Assembly (NCBI GenBank): GCA_918797485.1
Contig: CAKKNE010000006.1
Coordinates: forward strand, 2,232,001-2,296,000
Source of the DNA: Pelagomonas calceolata
Lineage: Eukaryota
Reading direction: 5' to 3'
DNA length: 64,000 nucleotides
Under the pieces are notes generated by a model that was not told the DNA's origin, searched no databases, and saw only the letters and a list, made by a program, of their open reading frames with translations. Made by a program: the position numbers and the translations under genes. This document shows, in pieces, positions 29,811 through 39,540 of this stretch; positions within the stretch are counted from its first letter, which is position 1; every line of letters begins with the position of its first letter.

Positions 29811-30680
29811 ATGCTAAACACGCTGCGCCGCCGCGCCGACTACGCCACGCTGTCGCGAAGAGGCACGTTTCGCGAGTGGACGCGCGAGGTTCGGCTGCGC
29901 GAGTACGTGAAACGCGCCCTCAAGGCGACCGCGGCCGTCGCGGGCATCATCCTCGCCGGCGGCGCCGTCTATAGTCTTGCAGAGGGCCGCCAGTTCGCCG
30001 AGAGCTGCTACACGGCGCTCGCAATAGCAACAACAATTGGCGTTTCCGACGACCTCGAGCCGAAGACCGCCGCGGGCCGCTGCTTCACGGTTTTCTACTC
30101 GCTGTCGACGTTCGTCGCCCTGCCCTTGTTACTAAATGTGGCGGCCAACGGCGTGGCGCGCGTCGGCCTGACGCTCTGGGGCGCCGTGGCCGGCTACGAG
30201 TTGACGCGGGACCCGACGCTGCGCCACCAGCGCCGGCTGGGCTGCGTTTTAACAATTCTCGTGCTGCACGTATTGCTATTCGGCGGCCTCATGGGCTACA
30301 CGCTGACGTTTCTGGCGCCGTCGTACTGGGAGTCGGTCTACTACGCGTACATGGCGCTCTCGTCGATTGGCGTTGATTCCACTGTTCCGCACACGCCCGC
30401 GGCCGTCGCCTACGTGGCGTACTACGTGCTCGCCGGGCTGGGGCTCCTGACGCTCGTCGCGGAGGACGCCTACGGCCTCTACTGCGTCTACAAGGCGTAC
30501 CTGGATGACGAGGAGGATTGCGCCGTGCACGAGTCTCCCCGGTTACTGCGGCGCGACAGCTCGCAGATTGAACCAAAACTCAATTGGGTCCTCGGCACCG
30601 TGCACAAGATACTAAACCTCCCGCGGCGCCTCTCGGCCCAGGCCCTCGCGAGCGCCACGACGAATCCCCTGCGACCATGA
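29811..30680 (+). CDS. Two-pore (4TM/2P) potassium channel-like protein
   Basis: EGRQFAESCYTALAIATTIG...PKTAAGRCFT; YWESVYYAYMALSSIG. Confidence 0.8.
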   Translation: MLNTLRRRADYATLSRRGTFREWTREVRLREYVKRALKATAAVAGIILAGGAVYSLAEGRQFAESCYTALAIATTIGVSDDLEPKTAAGRCFTVFYSLSTFVALPLLLNVAANGVARVGLTLWGAVAGYELTRDPTLRHQRRLGCVLTILVLHVLLFGGLMGYTLTFLAPSYWESVYYAYMALSSIGVDSTVPHTPAAVAYVAYYVLAGLGLLTLVAEDAYGLYCVYKAYLDDEEDCAVHESPRLLRRDSSQIEPKLNWVLGTVHKILNLPRRLSAQALASATTNPLRP

Positions 30681-30711
30681 CTGTGTGTGTCCTAAGTGTT
30701 GTTAACATAAC

Positions 30712-32931
30712 CTACTTCCGCCGCTTCTTTTTCTTCGTCGGCAGCTCACCAGGCACTGGCGCCTCGACGTCTCCGTCCTCGTCCAATTGATCGGGGTGCG
30801 CCGCGAAATACGCGTCGGCGTCGGCGAAGGGCGACGCGCCCTTGCGCTTCTTTTTTTCCGAAGGCGCGGGCGCCGCGGCGGTCTTCTTCTCCTGTTGAGG
30901 GGGCGCCGCGTCGTCCTCGTCGTCATCAGAGAACGGGAAGTCGTCGGGCTCCGAGCCCGCGCTGCCGGAGTCGCCAGAGTCGCCCGACGACGCGTCCGAG
31001 GCCGCATCGCCGGAGCCGTCGGAGTCCGAAGCGCCGCCTTCAGACCCGTCGGAGTCGTAGATCGGCAGGCCGACGATCGGCGAGTCGTCACTATCACTAT
31101 CATCTTCCAGATCAAGGTCGTCCGCCGCGAAGGCCATAGCGTCGGCGCGGACGTCGTCGTCGTCGTCGTCTGAGGACGAAGCGTCCTCCTTCTTCGATGC
31201 TACGGCTTTGAAGGACCTCAAGAAAAACCGGTCTTCCGGCGCTACACTATCAAGGTGCTTCCCGGTCAAAGCCTTGACAGGTACTCTATCGTCGATAGCC
31301 GTCGTGCGCGCGTGGCCGTGCTGCTTCGTCCGCTGCTTCGGGTTTCTATAGGCAAATCTATCCAGGAAGCGCATCAGACCAAAGTCTACCAAGGGGTCGC
31401 CTCCATATTGGATCGTTTTTGAGGAAGCCAGCTTCTCGGCCCAGGCCCTACAAGAAGGGTGGTAGTGCGTCCTCAGCGTGTGGAGCTCCCAGAGCTTGCC
31501 CGGTGAGGCGTGGGCTGGATCGCGCTTCAAGAGCAAGCGCCAGTCATCTTCTGAAGCACGGCCCGCGATGAGTGATCGGCCTAATTCAGGCCGTTTCTCG
31601 AAGACATTGGACGCCAAATAAGTCGACGCGCAGGCGACCTGCGGCGAGTTGTGCAAAGCGACTTGGACGCATCTTTTTAGTAGAGCCGAGGCGTCGCCGC
31701 CTTTACACGCTCGGAAGACCACGTTGAGCAGTAGCGCGGGTTTGGACGGCGTCCGCGTCTCCGGGGCATGCAAAGCCGCATACAAGGCGCGCTCGAAGCG
31801 CGATCGCAGCACGGGCGCCTCCGACGACAATCTCTCTAGTAACTGTAAAGCCCTCACGCGGGCCGGTCCCGTGCCCGCGTGGGCCAGCCCAAACAAAGCA
31901 TCTAGCTCTTTGGAGGTAGAGGCGTCCAAGACACCCTTCCGGGCGTACGGTAAGGCGCGCGCGACGCCGGTCAGCAGCGCCGCTAATAGTTTGGTCTGGA
32001 GGTCGCCGGCGTCCACCGACGCCACAAATAAAGCAAGGTACATCTTCACGAGGGAGGTGGCGACCGGTTCTAACTCAGAAGACAGGTAGACCTGGGACAG
32101 GCACGCCACGGCGGCCAGGCGCGCCTTGGCTCCTACGGAACCTTTCGGTGCTCTCGCCGTGAAGCCCTGGATTTCTTCCACAACAACACCCGTCATCGCC
32201 CGATGCGCCTTGAGCACCTCTGATAATAGCTGAGACGCCCGCGCTGAGACCGACGGATCGGGATCACCCAACTTGTTGACTAAGAGAGCCAACAACTCCG
32301 CTTCTTGCTCGGGTTTTGATTTTAGTAAATGAGCGCACGTCTCCGCGGCAAAGCGTCGTAGTTCCGACGCGGAGTGCTTCAGGTAGCCCTGCACCACGTT
32401 CACAAAAGACGCGTAGCGTTGTTTGAGCTTCTCCTCAAACAACCACAGCACCTGCCGTTCCGAGGACTGCGGGAGAGGGGGGCGGTTCTCCAGCGTGACT
32501 AATCTACGGTCGCCCGGCAAGCCCGATCTGCTGGAAAAGACCTCCTTCAAGGAATCGATGGCCATCTTCGCCGTGTGCTTTCCCGCCTTCGCCGTCGAGA
32601 GTAATGAATCCAGCGTCTCGAGGCGATGGATCGGAGACTCTTGCACCATGAGCGTCATCGCAGCTACTTTGTCGGCCATGGTGCCGCTTCTTAAAACTTG
32701 ACTCATGTAGCGGTCGTCGCCGGAGGCGCGCGCTTCTCTTTTTGAAGTCCAATTTCGCACTTCGTCTCCAAATAAGCGCTCGGCGCTCGCTCGCAGCGCC
32801 GCGACTTGCGTCGCGTTCGGCGTGCCTTGCTCCTTGCCACCGTTTCGGGCGTGCCACGGCGTGTCATCCGTGTCGTCGAAGAGGACCGTGCCTTTGCCGC
32901 TGCCGCGCGGCTTTGCGGCGGGCTTGGGCAT
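30712..32931 (-). CDS. NOC1: CBF/Mak21 (Noc1/CEBPZ) ribosome biogenesis protein
   Basis: SGTMADKVAA, KPEQEAELLALLVNKLGDP, LWEL..HYHPS, YGGDPLVDFGLMRFLDRFAYRNPK, SPFADAD. Confidence 0.92.
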   Translation of the reverse strand: MPKPAAKPRGSGKGTVLFDDTDDTPWHARNGGKEQGTPNATQVAALRASAERLFGDEVRNWTSKREARASGDDRYMSQVLRSGTMADKVAAMTLMVQESPIHRLETLDSLLSTAKAGKHTAKMAIDSLKEVFSSRSGLPGDRRLVTLENRPPLPQSSERQVLWLFEEKLKQRYASFVNVVQGYLKHSASELRRFAAETCAHLLKSKPEQEAELLALLVNKLGDPDPSVSARASQLLSEVLKAHRAMTGVVVEEIQGFTARAPKGSVGAKARLAAVACLSQVYLSSELEPVATSLVKMYLALFVASVDAGDLQTKLLAALLTGVARALPYARKGVLDASTSKELDALFGLAHAGTGPARVRALQLLERLSSEAPVLRSRFERALYAALHAPETRTPSKPALLLNVVFRACKGGDASALLKRCVQVALHNSPQVACASTYLASNVFEKRPELGRSLIAGRASEDDWRLLLKRDPAHASPGKLWELHTLRTHYHPSCRAWAEKLASSKTIQYGGDPLVDFGLMRFLDRFAYRNPKQRTKQHGHARTTAIDDRVPVKALTGKHLDSVAPEDRFFLRSFKAVASKKEDASSSDDDDDDVRADAMAFAADDLDLEDDSDSDDSPIVGLPIYDSDGSEGGASDSDGSGDAASDASSGDSGDSGSAGSEPDDFPFSDDDEDDAAPPQQEKKTAAAPAPSEKKKRKGASPFADADAYFAAHPDQLDEDGDVEAPVPGELPTKKKKRRK

Positions 32932-33090
32932 GCTGCACTGCAGCTACAGTGTGTTGCGCGCGTCTGTCGCGTCGAAGCAGCTTGTGCAGCGGCGGCAGCG
33001 TCACGGTTTCGATGAATGCGGCTCAGCGAGCACGCTTATGTGGTAGCTGAAGTGAGTGCGGCGCCTCAGCAGCTTCAGCTTCGCCTATTT

Positions 33091-33113
33091 CTAGTGGTCT
33101 TACAGACGCTAGC
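33091..33113. promoter_or_regulatory. CTAG-pair upstream element
   Basis: CTAGTGGTCTTACAGACGCTAGC between divergent genes. Confidence 0.6.
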
Positions 33114-33251
33114 TCGTTCGCGGCCTTGGCCTTTTGAGTAGCGCATTGATCACGCGCGCGCTGATTACACACGTAAATCTCACCCGCCACACCGCCCGGC
33201 AGCGCAGCGCCGCGCCGCAGTTCCGCTGAGTCGACGCAGACTGCTGTGGAG

Positions 33252-34181
33252 ATGGACACCAACAACATCGATGTGGTGCGCGCCATCGTCAAGGCCGCGC
33301 GACCCTCCGACGCGAAGCGGGCGCCGCCGCGGCGCCCGCAAAAGCCGCCGCCGGCGCTCCAGCGCGCCGCGGCCTTGGTGCAGGGCGTGGACGCGTGCGA
33401 AACCGCTCTGAAACGCTGCGCGCGCGCTTATGCGATGCCCGATGACGACTCAGCGATGACGGATGCCGCCAGGGACGCCGTCGACGCGCGCGTCCGGGCG
33501 CTCTTGCGGGAATGCCAAGCTGCTTTGGACGAACCGTCGGCGGACAGCGGGAAACCGGGTTCACGAGAAGCGCACGCCCGGGGCGGCGTCGAGGTCGCGC
33601 GGGCGCGCACGGCGGCGCTGGCTGCGTTATTCCGGGACCTCGAGGTTTTAAGAAGGCGCCGAGAAGCCGCGGCGTCGGCGCCGCTCGCGATTCGCGCGGC
33701 GGTGGACGCCGACGCGGCGCTCCGCACGTCAAACGAGGACGCGGAGCTCCAAGCGATGCGCGGCCGGCGCATCGTCGCCGTCGAGCCGCCAAAGCCGAAG
33801 CCGAGGCCAGTCGCTGCGAAGCCGGCCGCGACGCCGCGGCCGGCGCCGGCGCCCGCGCGAGTGCCCGCGAACCAATTGCAACGGGAGCAGGCGCAGCTCG
33901 AGGCCGAGTTCGAGAGCCTGTCCGACGCCGCGCGGACCGTCGAAGCCAGGACCGAGGACGTGTCCCGCCTCGCGGCGCAGTTCGCCACCCTCGTCGACGA
34001 GCAGCACGACCAGGTCGTGACGCTCGACGGCCTCGTGGGCGACACGGCGAACCAGGTCGACAAGGCCGGCGACCACGTCGCCCAGGCGGCGTCGCGCCGG
34101 GCGACGCTGCCGCGCGTCTTCAACGCCGTCGTGTTAACGTTGGCGGCGCTGCTGCTGCTGATCCATGCGGTGCACTCGTAA
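33252..34181 (+). CDS. Qa-SNARE syntaxin (Syntaxin-18/Ufe1-like)
   Basis: SNARE motif VEARTEDVSRLAAQFATLVDEQHDQV...; C-terminal TM helix. Confidence 0.75.
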   Translation: MDTNNIDVVRAIVKAARPSDAKRAPPRRPQKPPPALQRAAALVQGVDACETALKRCARAYAMPDDDSAMTDAARDAVDARVRALLRECQAALDEPSADSGKPGSREAHARGGVEVARARTAALAALFRDLEVLRRRREAAASAPLAIRAAVDADAALRTSNEDAELQAMRGRRIVAVEPPKPKPRPVAAKPAATPRPAPAPARVPANQLQREQAQLEAEFESLSDAARTVEARTEDVSRLAAQFATLVDEQHDQVVTLDGLVGDTANQVDKAGDHVAQAASRRATLPRVFNAVVLTLAALLLLIHAVHS

Positions 34182-34251
34182 TGTTATGTTTGTGTCTTCT
34201 TACGCTGTCTGTGTCTAGACGGGGCTGTCTTCCTTAGAATTTGTTGTGGTT

Positions 34252-35544
34252 TTAAAGCATATGTCTTAAGCTACTCCATTTTCCCGAAGAGGAGGAGTCT
34301 CGGCGCCCGATATTCTGATCCGAATATGCGATGCGCTGTTCTGCGTGCTGCTTCTTCGCCGCAAGATACTCGTCGAGGTTGTCGAACTCGCGGCCGGGGA
34401 AAACGTGGTTGTTGGCCCACTTGCCGTTTTGTTTCTGATAGCCCCCCTCAACAGACACCCTTTCTAGCTCCGATTTGAACTTCATGCGCTTTGCCGAACG
34501 GTGACTAAATGTCGCTCTGAGCGTTGGCGCCTCGGGGTCGACAATCACCTTCGGCGCCGGCGCGCGTCCAGATCGGCGCGGTGTAGCCGCCGCCGCCAGC
34601 GTCGGCGGTAGCGCGGCCAACACTGAGGCGAGCGGCGCCTCCCCGGGAAAGTTGACGGCCGGCTCGTTCCTATACTCGACCAGCGCGGCGTCGTAGGCCC
34701 GCGCGGCGTCCTCCTCCTCGTCGAAGTCGCCGAGGTGAACTTTAGACCCTAGCAATTTGATCTGCGCGGTCCACTTGCCCCTATGCCGGCGCACGCCCGT
34801 AAATCGACTGGTCTTGGGGGCGCGGACCGGCGCGGGCCGCGCGGCAGGGACCGGCGCCGGTGCCTGCTTGTACTCAGCCTCAGTGCGGTAGGCACCGCCG
34901 GTTCGCGCGAGGGCGAGGGCGCCCTCGAGGTACTTCCTCAACGCGGACAACGACTGCGCATAGTCATGGGTTACGTAGTCCTTGCCGGTGACGTCGTAGT
35001 AGCACGGGAAGTCTTGAGGCACCGTGACGGCGAATTTGGTTTCATTCTCCTGTCCCGCGCCACAGATGAAGCCACGGCTCACCAGCGGCTCGTGGAGGCC
35101 CCTCATGTTCGTGCGATCCTTGAGCGCCTCGAGCAGGTCCGTGCAGACGGTGACCCAGGCCGACGCCGTCGACGCGACGTGTCGCCTCGTCGCGGGCTGC
35201 GGTGCCGGCGCGCCTGGCCTGGGTGCGAGGCAGACGTCGCCCTGTTTTGCCCGGCAGGGAGCACATTCGCCACAACGCCGATGAGGTAGGCCACAGCCGC
35301 AGCTCGCCGGGCACGGGTAGGTGCGGCGCGGCGCTACGGCGCGTGGCCTTGTCTGTGCGTCCCGGGGCACGACGGCGCGCGGAGCCGGTGGCGTGCCCAA
35401 CGCGCGAGGCGTCGACGCCGGCGGCGGGGCGGGTGGGGCCATCACCGGCGGCGGCGAATTGCCGTCGCTCAGAGACTCGCTCTCGCGTTGCGCGACGATG
35501 ATGGCGTCAAGCTGGAGCAGGACGTGGGGCGGCGGGAGTTCCAT
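34252..35544 (-). CDS. AP2-domain DNA-binding protein
   Basis: TSRFTGVRRHRGKWTAQIK...VHLGDFDEEEDAARAYDAA...AVNFP; N-terminal Cys cluster RCGECAPC. Confidence 0.85.
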   Translation of the reverse strand: MELPPPHVLLQLDAIIVAQRESESLSDGNSPPPVMAPPAPPPASTPRALGTPPAPRAVVPRDAQTRPRAVAPRRTYPCPASCGCGLPHRRCGECAPCRAKQGDVCLAPRPGAPAPQPATRRHVASTASAWVTVCTDLLEALKDRTNMRGLHEPLVSRGFICGAGQENETKFAVTVPQDFPCYYDVTGKDYVTHDYAQSLSALRKYLEGALALARTGGAYRTEAEYKQAPAPVPAARPAPVRAPKTSRFTGVRRHRGKWTAQIKLLGSKVHLGDFDEEEDAARAYDAALVEYRNEPAVNFPGEAPLASVLAALPPTLAAAATPRRSGRAPAPKVIVDPEAPTLRATFSHRSAKRMKFKSELERVSVEGGYQKQNGKWANNHVFPGREFDNLDEYLAAKKQHAEQRIAYSDQNIGRRDSSSSGKWSSLRHML

Positions 35545-35721
35545 TTCACGACTAAACTTGTTTCACTTCAGGCAGAGCAGAGTCTCCAAAGCCAGGACTC
35601 CAGGATGAACCAGTACGAATTTCGACGCGAAATGATGCGCGGTCTGTGCGGTCTATTCACAACTATATTCACGGCGTCCGGCGAGCAAAGAGTGGCCCTC
35701 ACTTGAGGTCAAGCCTCGAGA

Positions 35722-35850
35722 GCTAGCTGCTGTAAGGCACTAGCAGGCAACGCGTTCGGCAATGAGCCAGTTTGAGGAGATCCCGCCCCCGGGGCGCGGC
35801 TTCCAGGGCTCCCGCGCTTTAGGTGGGCTAGCGGCCTGTAAGACACTAGC
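35722..35850. promoter_or_regulatory. Two CTAG-pair upstream elements
   Basis: GCTAGCTGCTGTAAGGCACTAGC (35722-35744) and GCTAGCGGCCTGTAAGACACTAGC (35827-35850) upstream of the AP2 gene. Confidence 0.65.
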
Positions 35851-35923
35851 AAGCAAGCAACGCGAAGCGCTCGCTCGCCTAGACTACTCGGGCGAGGATT
35901 CACGAAGAACACAGGATAGCATA

Positions 35924-36997
35924 TTAAGTCGGCGCCGCCTCCCCGCGCACCGCCGCGAGCACGGACGCCGTCTCGCGCTGCGCGACGGAGTCCGATCCCG
36001 CGCCGACGAACGTCCCGGGCAGCGGCGCCGCCCCGCGGCGAGGACGCTTCGCCGCCGGCGCCGCCGCGCCACCCTCCTCAGGAACGTAGGCTTCCTCTGA
36101 CGAAGCCGGCCGCTTCTTCGGTTGTGGAGGATCCCGCCACAGCGCCGTTCTTTTTAACCGCTTGCGGATCTTCTTCAAAGCCGCGGCGTCCTCGTCAGGT
36201 TCCGCCTGTGATGCCAGGGCCTTCGCCTCGTCCAGGGCCTCGGGCGTCAAAATCTCCTTCAATTTCTCTTCACATCCACCGACCCTCAGACACGCCACGG
36301 CCGCGAGCAAGGATGGCGCATGTATTAATGGAGCGTCCGTCGTCAGCAGCTTGTCGCACTCATCTTCTATTCTACTAACGTCAACGTCCACTCCATCGAC
36401 GAGCGCGCGCGCGGCCCCGTGCGGGTGCGCGACCCGCAAATCGTAGCCCACGCCGCTCAAGATGGCCTGCTCCGCCTTTGACGCACGGAACGCCAGCCGC
36501 TGGACCTCGTCGCTGCTCTCGACGACGGCCGCCGCGAGTTCTCCGGCAGAGACGAACTCATCTTCCGTTTTGGCCGCCAAGAAGACCGCCGCGAGCGTAT
36601 GCGCGAGCGGCTCCCGTTCCAGCATGGAGTGGCTCAGGTAGAAGCGTTTTATTAGTATAGTGGCCGTCGCCGCGACTTTCCTATTTCTTCTCAGGCGTCT
36701 CGGTGCTTTTGTATCACCCGTTCGACCAACCAGTAAAGGGATCTGCTTCTCGTACCACCGTAGTAGTTTCGCCTCGTCATCAGCGGAAACGCCCGGCTCG
36801 GCGCACTCGTCGATTGTTGTTAATGGTACTCTACAACACGCTTCAGGCGGCGTCGTGACGCCGGCCGCGACCAATCCTCTTCCGCGTGCGTTCGCCGCTT
36901 TTCTCAGAGAAGTGATGTCTTGGGGCGTCAACCGCCACCGGTCTTGATTGGACGAGGGCTGGAACTCGTCTTTATCGGTGCGCGCGATGTGGCTCAT
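35924..36997 (-). CDS. Cyclin H-like protein
   Basis: FQPSSNQDRW, KVAATATILIKRFYLSHSMLE, AVFLAAKTED, YDLRVAHPH. Confidence 0.85.
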   Translation of the reverse strand: MSHIARTDKDEFQPSSNQDRWRLTPQDITSLRKAANARGRGLVAAGVTTPPEACCRVPLTTIDECAEPGVSADDEAKLLRWYEKQIPLLVGRTGDTKAPRRLRRNRKVAATATILIKRFYLSHSMLEREPLAHTLAAVFLAAKTEDEFVSAGELAAAVVESSDEVQRLAFRASKAEQAILSGVGYDLRVAHPHGAARALVDGVDVDVSRIEDECDKLLTTDAPLIHAPSLLAAVACLRVGGCEEKLKEILTPEALDEAKALASQAEPDEDAAALKKIRKRLKRTALWRDPPQPKKRPASSEEAYVPEEGGAAAPAAKRPRRGAAPLPGTFVGAGSDSVAQRETASVLAAVRGEAAPT

Positions 36998-37151
36998 GGT
37001 GTTGCTGCGGCGTCTGCTGCGTCGTTTGTGGCGGCGCCAATGCGGCGGATCGGTGGTCCAGTGGATTTTATTGATGCAGCAGGCTCATACAAGGCTTCAG
37101 GAGGTGCACTGGCGATCAATATGCGATTTTGCCAGGCCCGGCTTGCTTTTT

Positions 37152-37175
37152 GCTAGTGTCTTACATGCCGCTAGC
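37152..37175. promoter_or_regulatory. CTAG-pair upstream element
   Basis: GCTAGTGTCTTACATGCCGCTAGC between divergent genes. Confidence 0.65.
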
Positions 37176-37438
37176 TGGGCCGTGATTAAAGAGCCGTGAC
37201 TGCCCGGCCGTCTTCCCGCGGCCTCAGGAGCACGCCACGGCCGCTGAGCACCGCACTGGATCAAAGATACGGTGCCAGCGCAAGCGAGCCGCCCCACGCC
37301 AGCCGTCGCGCCAAAATCAGTCAGCTCTGAGGCAGGCGGAAACCGCAAGCCCGAGCGCGGCACGCCCGCAAACGCCGAGCGAGCGCGTAAAAAGAGGCGC
37401 CAACTACCACTAAAACACAACCGGGCCAAAAGGAAGCG

Positions 37439-38389
37439 ATGCCGCGCCCGGCCTACACCCCGCTCGACGTCGAGCAGCAAGAGGAGCGACCAACAGTACA
37501 AATCCCGAACGTGCTGCGGAGGGAGGAGCCGTCGCGGAGCGCGAGACGAGGCCGACGACTTTTGAGATTACTGCACGCCAACGACCCCTTGGTGGCCTTC
37601 TACTGCTCGTGTCTCGTTAACCTTCCCCAAATTATTGCAGTGATCGTCGTCTTCGCGTACTTTAATGAAAACAAAGTCTGTTCCGTAACGGCCCGGAGGC
37701 AGTGGCGCGCCTGGGGGATTGTGCACGCTCTTCGATTAACAGCCGGAACTTTGGTGAGTGCGGGCCGCGCCCGGTTAGCAGCGACCGCGGGACCGCCTCC
37801 GGAGCCCGAAGGCCGGCGACGTTTACGAGCACTGGCCGCCAACGCCCGGAACTCCCTGGATGCATTAGCGCTGATCTGGTTCGTGGTGGGGAACATGTGG
37901 TTACTTGGTAGCGTACCATCTACTACATCATCAGGTGTCTGCCACGACGCGGGAAGAAGCCCAGTGTACGTCACCGATGTAGCGATGCTCGTCATCCAGT
38001 ACGCGCAGATTTGTTTGCCGTGTTTGTTTGCCGTGGCGATGGTGCCCGTCTTCTGCTTTTGCCTGCCGTGTGTGATTCGGTTGTTGGCGGCGCTGCACGA
38101 TCCCCAACATGGGCGAGGCGCGACACGGAGAGATCTAGACAAATTGCCGACTTGCCCCTTCAGTGCGGATTTAGACCTACTGAAGGGCGAGGAGCCGTGC
38201 TGCCCCGTGTGTATCTGCGACTATGAAGAAAATGACCGGTTGCGAGTCCTGCCCTGCTCGCACGTCTTCCATGCGGACTGCGTGGACCAGTGGCTCGCGG
38301 TCAACGCGACGTGTCCCTTGTGCCGGAAGTCGATCTTCGTGCCCGACAGCGACGTGGAGTCACCGACGCCGGGCGTAAACTTAACGTGA
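37439..38389 (+). CDS. Transmembrane RING-H2 E3 ubiquitin ligase
   Basis: IWFVVGNMW; CPVCICDY...LPCSHVFHADCVDQWLAVNATCPLC. Confidence 0.92.
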   Translation: MPRPAYTPLDVEQQEERPTVQIPNVLRREEPSRSARRGRRLLRLLHANDPLVAFYCSCLVNLPQIIAVIVVFAYFNENKVCSVTARRQWRAWGIVHALRLTAGTLVSAGRARLAATAGPPPEPEGRRRLRALAANARNSLDALALIWFVVGNMWLLGSVPSTTSSGVCHDAGRSPVYVTDVAMLVIQYAQICLPCLFAVAMVPVFCFCLPCVIRLLAALHDPQHGRGATRRDLDKLPTCPFSADLDLLKGEEPCCPVCICDYEENDRLRVLPCSHVFHADCVDQWLAVNATCPLCRKSIFVPDSDVESPTPGVNLT

Positions 38390-38395
38390 CATTAA

Positions 38396-39175
38396 TTACA
38401 CCCCTGGCTTTCGGATCAATCTCTCGGCGACGCGCGTCTCCCGGACCCGCTCTCCGTCAGCATACCTGTAGTAGACGATGTCGTACGTATCGTCGCCGTG
38501 GTCCCTCGCAACATTTCCGCGATAGAACGTGCCAAGCCTGCGTGGGAGCACTCGCCTCGAGGCCGTCGACGCGGCATTTCCAACTCGGACAAGGCACCCG
38601 GCGTAGTCGGCCTCGACCTCGTCCATTTCGCGGAGGCCCTCGCTGTCCTCGCGCGCGCCGTCGTCGTCGGGCGTGCCGAACAACTCATCACCTCGGTAGC
38701 GCCCCGAGGCCCTCATACATTGTACAATATAGGTCATGAGGTCCTTCCCGGTTTCCGCGTCGGTGGCGTAGATGTCTGTTCCGCTATCCCACTCTTCGTG
38801 GTACGAGTGCACGGTGAAGGGGCCGTAAAGCGTACTGTAGTCGGTGTAGGTGTTTATCGAGATGCTGCCGTCCCAGTCGGGGTCGGATAATGATTTGGGA
38901 TACTGGAATTTATCGCTCTTGACGCGCTTGGGCTCCAGCGCCGCAATCGCTTCGAGAAAGCCTCCGACGCGATCGAGTCCGAGCATAATTCCTCCGAGGT
39001 GATGGTCACGGACAGAAACGTCGGTCGGCGTCGACGCGAGCCGGGTAGCACCTCGACGCGGCGTCCTCGCCAACGTCAGCGCCGCTGCATGCGTCGCAAG
39101 TGCGATGACGAGCGTCGTCATCGGCCTGGGTGTGGTGCTCAGCCACCGCCTACCAAGCATGCTTGCGGCTCTCAT
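38396..39175 (-). CDS. Hypothetical organelle-targeted protein with C-terminal Tudor-like segment
   Basis: FYRGNVARDHGDDTYDIVY.YADGE; start may be 39121. Confidence 0.55.
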   Translation of the reverse strand: MRAASMLGRRWLSTTPRPMTTLVIALATHAAALTLARTPRRGATRLASTPTDVSVRDHHLGGIMLGLDRVGGFLEAIAALEPKRVKSDKFQYPKSLSDPDWDGSISINTYTDYSTLYGPFTVHSYHEEWDSGTDIYATDAETGKDLMTYIVQCMRASGRYRGDELFGTPDDDGAREDSEGLREMDEVEADYAGCLVRVGNAASTASRRVLPRRLGTFYRGNVARDHGDDTYDIVYYRYADGERVRETRVAERLIRKPGV

Positions 39176-39391
39176 CGATGCTTTTTGCCTTTACGCGTCG
39201 CGGGGCAGCTCCAACTGCACGAATCTACAGCTGCAACCAAGTTCAGCTCTCGCAATGCTTTGCAGCTCGAGGCACATTCTTGGGCAGCCAACCATCAAAG
39301 AAATATCCGGGCTCCTGACAAGGCTCAGGGAGCCGCACGGAGCCGCTTGCGAAGGCTCAGAGGCCTCGTGGCCGCTCAGACGTGCGCTAGA

Positions 39392-39413
39392 GCTAGTGTA
39401 GACAGGCACTAGG
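39392..39413. promoter_or_regulatory. CTAG-pair upstream element (divergent copy)
   Basis: GCTAGTGTAGACAGGCACTAGG between divergent genes. Confidence 0.45.
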
Positions 39414-39540
39414 TTTATCAGACGCCGCGGCTTGGCAAAAGGGATGCAATAAACGGCAGCGAGAGCTGCCCCCGTGCGCCGTGGACACGCCAACTCGTCC
39501 TCGCGTACCACGGCGCACCGCTTCGGCACGACTGGGCACC

